A stretch of DNA of 64,000 bases from an uncultured Methanosarcinales archaeon (lineage in GTDB: Archaea; Nanobdellota; Nanobdellia; Woesearchaeales; UBA583): NCBI GenBank assembly GCA_964351975.1, contig CAYGPK010000007.1:3504-67503 (forward strand), written 5' to 3'. The position numbers were made by a program, and so were the translations under genes. Below the pieces are notes generated by a model. That model did no database searches and was not told the origin of the DNA. It was given only the letters and a program-made list of their open reading frames with translations. This document shows, piece after piece, positions 18,601-27,976 of this stretch. Position 1 is the stretch's first letter, and every line of letters starts with the position of its first letter.

Positions 18601-18772
18601 ATTTTTCTTTTAAATCACTTTTTTTACTCAATCTTTTTTATGATTTTCTATGAAAAAAGTTCTCAATAAAATGGAATATTTAGCTTTGCTAAATACAAAG
18701 AATGAGTTTACGAATGACCTTGTTTTTTGAATTAGATAAGAAAAATCATTGAAAAAAGGTTGTATGGAAACT

Positions 18773-18803
18773 AAGCAGCCAACGACTTAGACTTCGAAAA
18801 AGC
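18773..18803 (+). repeat. 31-nt direct repeat, copy 2 (start of the displaced uvrB 3' end)
   Basis: Identical to 18512-18542, offset by 261 nt. Confidence 0.9.
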
Positions 18804-18861
18804 TATTGATTTAAGAGATACTTTAGAAGCACTAAAGAAAGAGCAAGAATTTAATAACTAA
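18773..18861 (+). pseudogene. Displaced second copy of the last 28 codons (plus stop) of uvrB
   Basis: Encodes [28 protein letters not shown], preceded by an in-frame TAA and no start codon. After the 31-nt core, 12 of 58 nt differ from the uvrB end, with only one amino-acid change (Q to E). Confidence 0.75.
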
Positions 18862-18862
18862 T

Positions 18863-19765
18863 TTAATGATAAACTAGATCTCCTCTACATAATGGAAAAA
18901 ATTTTTCTTCATCAGGGATTATAGGAGTTTCAGTGAAAGACATAGGAATTGAAAAATTAAGTTTATTGGCTAGATTCTCTACTGTACTAATACAAAGAAT
19001 TTCATACATTTCACAAGTTCTATCTAAAATTTTAGCATTTTCTAAATCTCCATTTAAATCTGCTCTAAGCCAGGAATAAAAATTTCTAAAATTTCTTCTA
19101 AATGTAGTAGGATGCCCATAAGGGTAGAAACTTTCTAAAGGCATATTTTTAGGGATTTTAGAACTATTTGAAAAATCTAAAGAAGCAAACCCAGTATTAA
19201 ATATTTCGGAATTTTCGGGATTATTTCCATCAAATTCTAAAAATGAAAATAAATTTCCTATATATCTTTGCCTAACAACATCATTTATATATGAACCAGA
19301 GATTTTTCCTGCTGAGATGTTAATTATTCTTTGATCACCCTCATTCCATCTTCTATTACCACTTATGTTCAACAAAGCATTATACATACACTCTTTTAAA
19401 AGAGGATCATCATACAAGAATACTTCTTCTAATGTTTGTTCAGGACAACATAATATCAAACTAGTCAAATTTTCTCTTAATGTTTTGAATCCCGGTTTTG
19501 AACCTGTTAGATTTAGTACTGATTTACATTTTTGTAAATTCTCATCGTTTTCTTCTAATCTTTTTAAATAGTATTTATAATCTAAGGCTTGGGCTGCTGC
19601 AAGTCTTAATAAAGAAAGAAGCATTGAGTCCGATGGACTAACATATCCAAAAATAGAATAACAATCTATCATGTCTTTTTGGCTTCTAAATTGTTTTCTC
19701 TTCTTAAAAAAACCCTCGTCATACGCAAAAGAGAGTCTAGAAAATTCTATTTGGTCTTTACTCAT
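18863..19765 (-). CDS. Hypothetical protein (300 aa), no recognisable domain
   Basis: Long ORF. Its stop lies 1 nt from the stop of the displaced uvrB end (ancestral tight convergent arrangement). Confidence 0.55.
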   Translation of the reverse strand: MSKDQIEFSRLSFAYDEGFFKKRKQFRSQKDMIDCYSIFGYVSPSDSMLLSLLRLAAAQALDYKYYLKRLEENDENLQKCKSVLNLTGSKPGFKTLRENLTSLILCCPEQTLEEVFLYDDPLLKECMYNALLNISGNRRWNEGDQRIINISAGKISGSYINDVVRQRYIGNLFSFLEFDGNNPENSEIFNTGFASLDFSNSSKIPKNMPLESFYPYGHPTTFRRNFRNFYSWLRADLNGDLENAKILDRTCEMYEILCISTVENLANKLNFSIPMSFTETPIIPDEEKFFPLCRGDLVYH

Positions 19766-19900
19766 GTTATTATATTGATAACTTAGTTTATAAATTTTTA
19801 CTCTACAGTTACACTTTTTTAAAAGTTTTATAAAATCATTAAATTAATAAATAAACAAACTTTGTATATCTTTACTTAAATTAAATATTTAAAAACAAAA

Positions 19901-20299
19901 ATGAAGAAAGTAGTTTCAAAAAATAAAAATGATTTGTGTAATGATTACATGATTCTTGGTGCAAGATTATTTATTGCTCTAACATTTGCTTTAAGTGTTT
20001 GGGGAAAATTTACAGGATTTTCAGGTAAAGCAATGTTTGCCGAGAGTTCATGGATTTCATTTGGAATCATTCCAGGAGAATTATTAATTCTTGTAGCAAT
20101 AGTTATGGAAGTATTTGGAGTTGTGGCTTTAGTTTCAGGTTGGAAAATGAAAGAAGGTGCACAAGTTTTAGCAGTTTATACATTGTTAACTATTATTATG
20201 TTCCATTATTCAAACTTTAATAGTATTGCAAGTCATTTATTAATGATTGGTGGTTTATTAGCACTTAGCTTAAATAAACCAGGAAAATTTGCTTTATAA
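19901..20299 (+). CDS. DoxX-family membrane protein
   Basis: About 130 aa with 4 TM segments and LGARLFIALTFALSVWGKF, typical of the DoxX N-terminus. Confidence 0.6.
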   Translation: MKKVVSKNKNDLCNDYMILGARLFIALTFALSVWGKFTGFSGKAMFAESSWISFGIIPGELLILVAIVMEVFGVVALVSGWKMKEGAQVLAVYTLLTIIMFHYSNFNSIASHLLMIGGLLALSLNKPGKFAL

Positions 20300-20350
20300 A
20301 AATATAAAGTATTTTTTTATTTAAATTAGTTTTAACTTATTACAAATTCT

Positions 20351-21049
20351 TTACCTATTCTCTAGTACTTCAACAACTTTTGGTAAAACATTATCTCTAA
20401 CAACTATTTCATAACCCTCTTTATTAGGGTGAATTTGATCACGATTATTCAAAGAAGAATCCGCAGCAACTCCATCTAAAAATATTGGTATTAAAGTTAA
20501 ATTATATTTGTTCGCAATTTGTGGATAAATTTGTTCAAATTCATTAACATAATCTGAACCAAGATTATCAAAAATAATTTGTCCAGCAAGTATTACTTCA
20601 ACATTTTCATTCTGAAGTCTTGTAACAATTTCTTCTATATTATTTTTAGTTAATTCTAAATCAATTCCACGAATCGCATCATTTGCTCCAATTCCAAGAA
20701 TAACAATATCAGGATTTAACTGTAAAACCCAGTTAGTTCTTGCAAGTGCTCCGCTTGAAGTCTCACCACTTGAGCCTGAATTATAGACTTTAATATTATA
20801 ACCTAAATTATTCAGTTCTCTTTGAAGCTGAGCAGGATATGCATCTTCTCTTTCAACTCCTAATCCTTCAGTTAATGAATCTCCAAATGCAACAATTATT
20901 TTATCATATTGTGGTGTTTCTACAATTTTTTCTTCTATCTGATTTTCATTTTTATTTTCTTGATTTGAACAAGCAGAAAAGATTAATATTATAAGTATTA
21001 AAAATAGAACAAATAGATTTTTTTTAATTTTATTCAGATTATTTTTCAT
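20351..21049 (-). CDS. Secreted SGNH/GDSL hydrolase (TesA-like lysophospholipase/thioesterase), lipobox-like signal
   Basis: Signal with FSAC, then block I VAFGDSLTEG, block II GSSGETS, block III GANDA, block V DQIHPN. Confidence 0.85.
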   Translation of the reverse strand: MKNNLNKIKKNLFVLFLILIILIFSACSNQENKNENQIEEKIVETPQYDKIIVAFGDSLTEGLGVEREDAYPAQLQRELNNLGYNIKVYNSGSSGETSSGALARTNWVLQLNPDIVILGIGANDAIRGIDLELTKNNIEEIVTRLQNENVEVILAGQIIFDNLGSDYVNEFEQIYPQIANKYNLTLIPIFLDGVAADSSLNNRDQIHPNKEGYEIVVRDNVLPKVVEVLENR

Positions 21050-21114
21050 ACTTTTGTTTGTATCTATTATTATTTAAAGATTATCTTTATAAATTAGAAA
21101 TGACGATGTATAAT

Positions 21115-21792
21115 ATGTCAAATTTAATAGCAAAAGATATTAAAAAATCTTTTTTTATAGATGGTAAAGAAATTAAAATTCTTAAAGGAGTTTCCCTTGA
21201 TATTAAAGAAGGAGAATTTGTTGCAATTAAAGGTTCAAGTGGATCGGGAAAATCAACTCTATTAAGTATTATAGCAGGACTCGATAAACCAACTTCTGGT
21301 TCAGTTTATATTAATAAAAAAGATATAACTAATTTATCAGAAGAGCAACTATCAATTATGAGAAATAAAGAGATTGGATTTGTTTTTCAAGCATTCTATT
21401 TAATTCCATCTTTAACAGCATTTGAAAATGTATGTTTTCCCCTAGAATTATCAAAAATAAAAGATAAAGCTTCAGCGATTAAATTATTAGAACAAGTTGG
21501 AGTAATCAATCGTCGTGACAATTACCCAATTCAGTTATCAGGTGGAGAAAAACAAAGAGTTGCAATTGCAAGAGCACTTGTAAATAAACCTAAAATTTTA
21601 TTTGCAGATGAGCCAACAGGAAATTTGGATTCAAAGAACAGTGAGATTATTATTAAGCTTTTAATGGATTTACAAAAAGAATTTAACTTAACACTTATTG
21701 TAATTAGCCATGAAGATTATATTTATAATAAAGCATCAAGAGTAATAGAACTTAAAGATGGTGTTATCGTTTCAGATAAAAGTAAAAAATAA
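21115..21792 (+). CDS. ABC transporter ATP-binding protein (MacB/LolD/YbbA type)
   Basis: Walker A GSSGSGKST, Q-loop, signature LSGGEKQRVAIARAL, Walker B ILFADEPTGNLD, H-loop SHE. Start placed at MSNLIAKD, 25 nt after the TATA-like CTTTATAAATT; the track start at 21058 is a TTG. Confidence 0.9.
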   Translation: MSNLIAKDIKKSFFIDGKEIKILKGVSLDIKEGEFVAIKGSSGSGKSTLLSIIAGLDKPTSGSVYINKKDITNLSEEQLSIMRNKEIGFVFQAFYLIPSLTAFENVCFPLELSKIKDKASAIKLLEQVGVINRRDNYPIQLSGGEKQRVAIARALVNKPKILFADEPTGNLDSKNSEIIIKLLMDLQKEFNLTLIVISHEDYIYNKASRVIELKDGVIVSDKSKK

Positions 21793-21793
21793 A

Positions 21794-24322
21794 ATGAGCA
21801 AATTTAAATCAATTTTCAAAGAAGTTCTACAAACAAAATTTCAAATATTAATTTTCATATTTTGTCTTGTTTTATCAATAGGAACTTTTGTCTCAATTGA
21901 TAGTTTAAGAGTTAACGTTGAAGATTTCACTTTAAGAGATAGTAAGACTTTAAATGGTGGAGATATTATTATAGATTCTAATAGAGAGTTTTCAGATAAT
22001 TTAACATATGCAGTAGAGAATGTAAAACTTAATTATCCTAATTTAGAATTTGTTAATTCTTATACTTTTTCAAGTGTTGTCTATGCACCAAAAACGGATT
22101 CTTCATTACTCTCAGAAATAAGAGTTATAACAAATAAATATCCTTTATACGGACAAGCAGTTTTAAAATCAGAAAGAGATTTTAGTGATGTATTAATTTC
22201 AGGAAATGTAATTGTACAAAGTGATTTACTTGTTAGATTAAATTTAGAAGTTGGAGATGAATTAAAAGTAGGAGATAAAACTTTTATTATAGCAGATGTA
22301 ATTTTAGTTGAACCTGATCAGCCTCTTGAGCTTTTTGTAGTTGGACCAAGAGTATTTATTTCAGAAGTTGATTTAGAGGCAATTAATTTAGTTGGTGATA
22401 AAAGCCGAGTATTTTATGAAACTTTAATTAAAACCTCTGGAGATGATGAAAGTAAAGAGATTATAGATTACATAAACGGATTTACAATTGATCGTGAATC
22501 TGCAGAGTTTTATTTTGATGATAGTAATTCTTTAACAAGATTCACAACTAACTTTTTATTTTTTATTAAGATGATTGCTCTATTTATTATAATAATTGCA
22601 GGAATTGGAATGACAAGTATTATTTTTTCTTATCTTGAAGATAAAAAATTATCAATTGGAATAAGAAAAAGTTTAGGTGAAAGAGACAAAGATATTTTAT
22701 CATATTATTATTTGACTATACTTTTAGTTTCAGTTGTAGCAACGATCTTTGCAATTTTATTTGCATATGTTTTAATTAAAATATTTCCAATAATATTTGA
22801 GAGTATATTACCACCAGATGTTAATATTTCATTATCATATTTTGCTGTAATAAAAGGAGTAATAGTTTCATTAATTATTTCAACATTATTTACTTTGTAC
22901 CCATTATTATCTTTAAGTAAAATTAAACCAATTCAAATTTTCAGATTAGAAGATAGAAATTTATTTTCAAAAGATAAATCATTTTATTTAATTAATTCAC
23001 TTATAATTATCTTTTTTACGATTTTTGTTTTTGTAGAAATCGAAGATTTCTGGTTTAGTTTTTGGTTGGTATTGGGTTCACTTTGGTTTTTCATAGTATT
23101 ATTTTTTATAAGTAAATTCACATTAGCTGGAATTAAAAAATTAAAGAATAAAATTTCTTATTTAGAATTAAGACAAGCAATAAACGGATTATTTAGAATT
23201 GGAAATAAAACTATTTTAGTTATAACCTCTGTTGCCCTTTCATTAACAATTATATTTACAATTTCATTTGTTGAAGCAAATTTACAAAATCAGTTTGTAA
23301 CATCTTTTCCAGAAAATGCTCCTAACTTTTTTGTAATTGATATTCCAAAAGAAAACTTATCAGAAATTCAAGAAATAGTTGGTGAAGATATTATTTTTTA
23401 TCCTAGTATCAGAGGATCATTACTATCAGTTAACGGAGTTGATACAAAGACAATAGAAGAAACTGCATCAGGCTTTGGAGATAGCTTAACTAGAACATTT
23501 ACTTTAACTTATGGAGATTTACTTGAAAGTGAGAGAATAATTGAATCAGGATTTGATTCAAATTCTGAATTATTATTTGATTCTAATTGGAATAAAGAAA
23601 TTGTACAAGTTTCAGTACTTGATGAAATTGGTGATAGATTTAACGCAAAAATAGGAGATAAATTAGTATTTCTAATTCAAGGAATTGAAATAGAAGCTGA
23701 AATAACAACAATTAGGGAAAGGGTAAATCAAGGAATTGCAGCATATTTTTATTTTACATTTGAAACTGAAGTTTTAGAAAATGCACCACAAACAATTTTC
23801 ACTATAAGTCGTGTTGATGGAGATAGAATTCCAGTTCTTCAAAATGAAATTGTAAAGAAATTTCCAGGTGTTACTGTAATTAATGGTGAGAGTACTGCAA
23901 AATCAGTTGGAGAAATTATTGGTAAATTATCTTATATTGTTTCATTTTTTACATTATTTTCTCTTGGAGCGGGCATATTAATACTTTTAAGCTCAATTGT
24001 ATCAACAAACACTTATAGAACTCAAGAAGCAGTATTTTACAAATTAGTTGGAGCAAATAAATCATTTATTAGAAAAGTATTTATTTTTGAATACCTAATA
24101 ATAGGTTTTATCAGTTCCTTAATTGCTGTTGTTCTTGCAAGTTTTGCAACTTTCGCAATAACGGAATTTTTTTTAGAAATAAATTTCATCTTTTTATTCA
24201 AAGAAACAATTATTTATTCCTTATTAACAATTTTTGTAATAGTTTTAATTGGGTATTTAAGTTCATTAAATGTGTTTAGAAAAAAGCCAATTGAATATAT
24301 TAGAGAGAATAGTGTTGAATAA
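21794..24322 (+). CDS. FtsX-domain ABC permease, duplicated 10-TM YbbP-like architecture (type VII / MacB-like)
   Basis: About 840 aa with two 4-TM FtsX-like bundles, each preceded by a large extracytoplasmic domain. Start at MSKFKS, 1 nt after the ATPase stop. Confidence 0.8.
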   Translation: MSKFKSIFKEVLQTKFQILIFIFCLVLSIGTFVSIDSLRVNVEDFTLRDSKTLNGGDIIIDSNREFSDNLTYAVENVKLNYPNLEFVNSYTFSSVVYAPKTDSSLLSEIRVITNKYPLYGQAVLKSERDFSDVLISGNVIVQSDLLVRLNLEVGDELKVGDKTFIIADVILVEPDQPLELFVVGPRVFISEVDLEAINLVGDKSRVFYETLIKTSGDDESKEIIDYINGFTIDRESAEFYFDDSNSLTRFTTNFLFFIKMIALFIIIIAGIGMTSIIFSYLEDKKLSIGIRKSLGERDKDILSYYYLTILLVSVVATIFAILFAYVLIKIFPIIFESILPPDVNISLSYFAVIKGVIVSLIISTLFTLYPLLSLSKIKPIQIFRLEDRNLFSKDKSFYLINSLIIIFFTIFVFVEIEDFWFSFWLVLGSLWFFIVLFFISKFTLAGIKKLKNKISYLELRQAINGLFRIGNKTILVITSVALSLTIIFTISFVEANLQNQFVTSFPENAPNFFVIDIPKENLSEIQEIVGEDIIFYPSIRGSLLSVNGVDTKTIEETASGFGDSLTRTFTLTYGDLLESERIIESGFDSNSELLFDSNWNKEIVQVSVLDEIGDRFNAKIGDKLVFLIQGIEIEAEITTIRERVNQGIAAYFYFTFETEVLENAPQTIFTISRVDGDRIPVLQNEIVKKFPGVTVINGESTAKSVGEIIGKLSYIVSFFTLFSLGAGILILLSSIVSTNTYRTQEAVFYKLVGANKSFIRKVFIFEYLIIGFISSLIAVVLASFATFAITEFFLEINFIFLFKETIIYSLLTIFVIVLIGYLSSLNVFRKKPIEYIRENSVE

Positions 24323-24367
24323 ATAATAGTAAAAAGTATTATAAATTATGCTCCTTTATAATATAAT

Positions 24368-26839
24368 ATGAAGACTAAGAAGTCCAAAAAATCACAAAAT
24401 TCTAAGAGTTTCTATAAGAACAATAGAAAATTAATATTTGTTACAGGAACTGTTTTTCTAATTATTTTTATTGTTTGGTTTTTATTTAATTTTTCAATAA
24501 ATTTATTTTTGAACTCCTCAACTACAATTAAGATAGAGCCTGAACAATTATATCTTAACTCTTTAAATAATGAGATTAGAACAGCAAGTTATAATATAAC
24601 AATATCTAAATCATTATTATCTCAAATTGAGTGTAATTACAGTTTTATTGATATTAGTAATAATAAAAATTTAGTAACTTCAAAAATAAATCTGAAAAAT
24701 GATATAACCTCAATTAAATTTAATGTTTCTTCAGATGGAGCTGGTAGTGGAAAGAAAATTTATAATCTTGAAGTTGTATGTACTGAGGATTCAGGTGAAA
24801 CTTTTGAGAAAACTTCATTTTTACTTTTATCTTATGATTTAACAAATAGTGAAAAAGAATTAAAAGAAAACTTAAGACCAAAATTACTAGACTCATTTAA
24901 CTTATATAATATTGCAACTGATGAATCAGCTAGAGTAAATTATTTATTATTAAATAATAAATTACTTGTAGATAATACTTTCTTTTTAGATATTAATAGT
25001 TTAAATTTAAAATTAAATAATTTTAAAAAATCATTAACAGTTTTAGAAAAGTTGTGGGTTGATGAAAGATATTTAGATTTTAAAAATTATAATCTTACAA
25101 CTTACATAATTGATTTAACTAATTTAGAAAGAAATTATAAAATTTATGAAAATCAAATTATTGAAAACCTAAATTCTCAAAATGAAACGATTCAAAATTA
25201 TAATTCAAATCTTCTTAAATATTTGGAGTTTTATAATGAATCGGAACATCTTAAAGATAAACTGATTTATTCAGAAATGTTATTTGATATAATTAAAGAA
25301 TTAGACGAAAAATTAATAGATGTATATTTTAAATATAATAATTCAAATTATAATAATATTACTCAATTTGAAAATGATATATTTAAAATTAAAAATCAAA
25401 ACTTTTACTTAAATAATACTTTAAATGAAATTAATGAGAATTTTACAAATAAATCACGTTCTCTCTTAGAAATTGAAAATAACATTAGATGTAATATTGG
25501 TGAGTGTTTAGATAATAATTTCATTTTAGAATTTCAAAATAATACCTGTTCTTTAACATCAAGTTTGATTAACAATATTGATTATAAGAGATATGATATA
25601 AATAATTCTTTTAACTTAATTCATTATAATGATATATATTATAATTATTCAAACAACAATTTAGTTGAGATACAGATGGATTCTTTAGATGAGAACCAAA
25701 GCATAGAAGATTTAGTTAATTCTAATAATACTTATTTTTTAAATTTAAATTCTTCAAGATATTCATTAATTCAAAATTCAAATAACAATCAAATTGAGAT
25801 TTTAGAAAATCTAAATTTAAGCAAGTTCTATTTAGAGTATTGTTATGAAAATAATTCTTTAAATTCTAGTAAATTTGAATTATCAAATCATAGTTTTTTG
25901 AATCTAAGTTCAAATATAGTTTATGACGAAAATATTTCAAATTCAAATTTTAAATTTGATTTAGAGATTGCACAGAATTTGCCGCAGTGTTGTGTCGGAG
26001 GAATTTGTACAAATTGCTGTGTAGATAATACTTGTAAAGATGATCCAAGAACATATCCAGTTTTACTAATTCATGGCCACTCCTTTATTAAATCAAGTCC
26101 AGCTGAACCTTCAATTAATGCCTTTGATAAAATAACCTACAAATTAATTGAAGACGGGTTCATTGATGCAGGAATATTAAGTTTTACAAATTTAACTTTA
26201 CTTGAATCAAATCTTGCATCTTTAAATGCACCTGTTTCGGTTAAAGCAAGCTATTATTACGATAGTTTTTACAAATTAGGATCATACGTTTATATCACTA
26301 AAAAAAATGATAATATTGATACCTATGCAATTAGACTTTCAGAAATAGTTGATAGTTTGAAATCAAGTACGAATCGTGATAAAGTTAATATTGTTTCACA
26401 TTCAATGGGGGGACTTGTTGTTAGAAGATATATGCAGATATTTGGAACAGACTCAATTGATAAAGTAATTTTAATAGGAAGTCCAAATGCAGGAATTAGT
26501 GGTAGAGTAAAATATTTATGTTCAGTTGTTGGTGAGAAATTAGAGTGTGATGATATGGCTGATGATAGTATATTAATTGCAAAATTAAATTCACCAAATT
26601 ATAAACCTATTAATGTTGATTTATACACAATTTCTGGAGTTGGATGTGATATGGATAATGGAAAAACAGGGGATGGAGTTGTAACATTGAATAGTTCACA
26701 ATTAACATATGCAACTAATTATATTGTTAATGGAACATGTAGTGATTTATTTAATACAAATCTTCATACAGATTTATTGAATATAAATAAATATCCTAAA
26801 GTTTATGATTATATAAAAGAAGTTTTAGTTAAAGAATAA
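24368..26839 (+). CDS. Membrane-anchored giant protein: Asn-rich stalk, Cys-rich knot, C-terminal alpha/beta-hydrolase (lipase/PGAP1-like)
   Basis: N-terminal TM anchor, about 500 aa of Asn/Leu-rich low complexity, CCVGGICTNCCVDNTC, then VLLIHGHSF and the nucleophile elbow VSHSMGGLVVRRY. Confidence 0.7.
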   Translation: MKTKKSKKSQNSKSFYKNNRKLIFVTGTVFLIIFIVWFLFNFSINLFLNSSTTIKIEPEQLYLNSLNNEIRTASYNITISKSLLSQIECNYSFIDISNNKNLVTSKINLKNDITSIKFNVSSDGAGSGKKIYNLEVVCTEDSGETFEKTSFLLLSYDLTNSEKELKENLRPKLLDSFNLYNIATDESARVNYLLLNNKLLVDNTFFLDINSLNLKLNNFKKSLTVLEKLWVDERYLDFKNYNLTTYIIDLTNLERNYKIYENQIIENLNSQNETIQNYNSNLLKYLEFYNESEHLKDKLIYSEMLFDIIKELDEKLIDVYFKYNNSNYNNITQFENDIFKIKNQNFYLNNTLNEINENFTNKSRSLLEIENNIRCNIGECLDNNFILEFQNNTCSLTSSLINNIDYKRYDINNSFNLIHYNDIYYNYSNNNLVEIQMDSLDENQSIEDLVNSNNTYFLNLNSSRYSLIQNSNNNQIEILENLNLSKFYLEYCYENNSLNSSKFELSNHSFLNLSSNIVYDENISNSNFKFDLEIAQNLPQCCVGGICTNCCVDNTCKDDPRTYPVLLIHGHSFIKSSPAEPSINAFDKITYKLIEDGFIDAGILSFTNLTLLESNLASLNAPVSVKASYYYDSFYKLGSYVYITKKNDNIDTYAIRLSEIVDSLKSSTNRDKVNIVSHSMGGLVVRRYMQIFGTDSIDKVILIGSPNAGISGRVKYLCSVVGEKLECDDMADDSILIAKLNSPNYKPINVDLYTISGVGCDMDNGKTGDGVVTLNSSQLTYATNYIVNGTCSDLFNTNLHTDLLNINKYPKVYDYIKEVLVKE

Positions 26840-26845
26840 TTAAGT

Positions 26846-27265
26846 TTATTTCATTTCTTTTTTCATTGAGATTTTAACTAACTTCTCAAGAATTTTAAGA
26901 TTAATGTCAGATAATTTTTTAACATTAATACAAGATTTTCCAATTCCTGCTTTTCCAATATCTTTGATTAATTCTTCTTGTTCTTCAAGATATGGAACAA
27001 TATATATTGAAAGGTAATTCTTTCTTGGAGAAAAACCAACTTTAAACCATTCACCAACGCAATATGATTTAGTTTTATAACTGTAGTTACCAAAACCAAC
27101 AATTGAAGTTCCATACATTTTTCCCTCTTCTTTTGTATGTTTTCTCATAAATTCTAGTATTTCTATACTATCTATTTTTCTTTGTTCATCAGTGATTGAA
27201 TTTATAAATTTATCAACATCAGAATTATTAACCTTAGTTTTTATTTCATATGCCATAATATACAA
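26846..27265 (-). CDS. DUF1801 (YdhG-like) domain protein
   Basis: Size and pattern (VDKFINS...RKIDSIEILEFMRK...IVGFGNY.Y...) resemble the YdhG/DUF1801 family. Confidence 0.55.
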   Translation of the reverse strand: MYIMAYEIKTKVNNSDVDKFINSITDEQRKIDSIEILEFMRKHTKEEGKMYGTSIVGFGNYSYKTKSYCVGEWFKVGFSPRKNYLSIYIVPYLEEQEELIKDIGKAGIGKSCINVKKLSDINLKILEKLVKISMKKEMK

Positions 27266-27343
27266 TATAATAAAAATTATTATTTATTAATTTATGTTTT
27301 AATTAATTCGAGAATAGAATTAAGAAATATAATAATTAATCTT

Positions 27344-27892
27344 TTAAAAAGAAGAATTAGGAGTTTTTAAAAATTCAATTTCTTCATTTGTTGATTCACG
27401 ATTCAATATTTTATTTCTATGTGGGAATCTTCCAAACCTTTCAATAATATCATAATGTGCAATTGCATAAGTAATTAGTTTTTCACTTTTATTATCATCT
27501 TTTGCAAGTTCTGTAAATAATAATATAGATTTTTCTTGATCTTCTAATTTCTCACTGTGCATAAAAGGCATGTAAAAAAATTGTCTTCCTTTAGTAACTT
27601 TTTTATCAAATCCTTTTTCTATAGAGTTTTTTGCAACTCTTAAGGCAAATTTATCAGATTTAAATGCTTTGGGTGTATCACGAAACATATTTCTACTAAA
27701 TTGATCTAAAACAAGTATCAGTGCTAATGCGGAATCAGGGTTATTCTCCCAATCTGTGTGTTTGTTACTAATTATTTCATCGTGTAAATCTGAAAACTTT
27801 TTTATTAGTGTTCTATCAAAAGTTTCATCTTTCATAAACCATTTTTTAGGATCTATATCTTCAAACCAAAATTTTAAAATTTTTTCATACAT
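27344..27892 (-). CDS. DUF924 family protein
   Basis: ILKFWFEDIDPKKWF, LILVLDQFSRNMFR and FFYMPFMHSE are characteristic DUF924 blocks. Confidence 0.75.
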   Translation of the reverse strand: MYEKILKFWFEDIDPKKWFMKDETFDRTLIKKFSDLHDEIISNKHTDWENNPDSALALILVLDQFSRNMFRDTPKAFKSDKFALRVAKNSIEKGFDKKVTKGRQFFYMPFMHSEKLEDQEKSILLFTELAKDDNKSEKLITYAIAHYDIIERFGRFPHRNKILNRESTNEEIEFLKTPNSSF

Positions 27893-27976
27893 ATATTTCT
27901 TTAATTTTAATTATTTATTAAGTTATGTTTTAAATTAGAAAATTAAAAAGATAGTTAAAAAAATAATTGATATTTT

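Noticed and set aside
18512-18861. The uvrB duplicated 3' end read as a diversity-generating retroelement VR/TR pair
   Set aside because: There is no reverse transcriptase in the window. 11 of 12 differences are synonymous rather than adenine-directed nonsynonymous changes. The UVR domain is not a plausible diversification target.
24900-26000. Highly repetitive-looking AT/Asn-rich DNA read as a possible tandem-repeat or CRISPR-like array
   Set aside because: There are no regularly spaced identical repeats. It is one continuous ORF encoding low-complexity Asn-rich protein.
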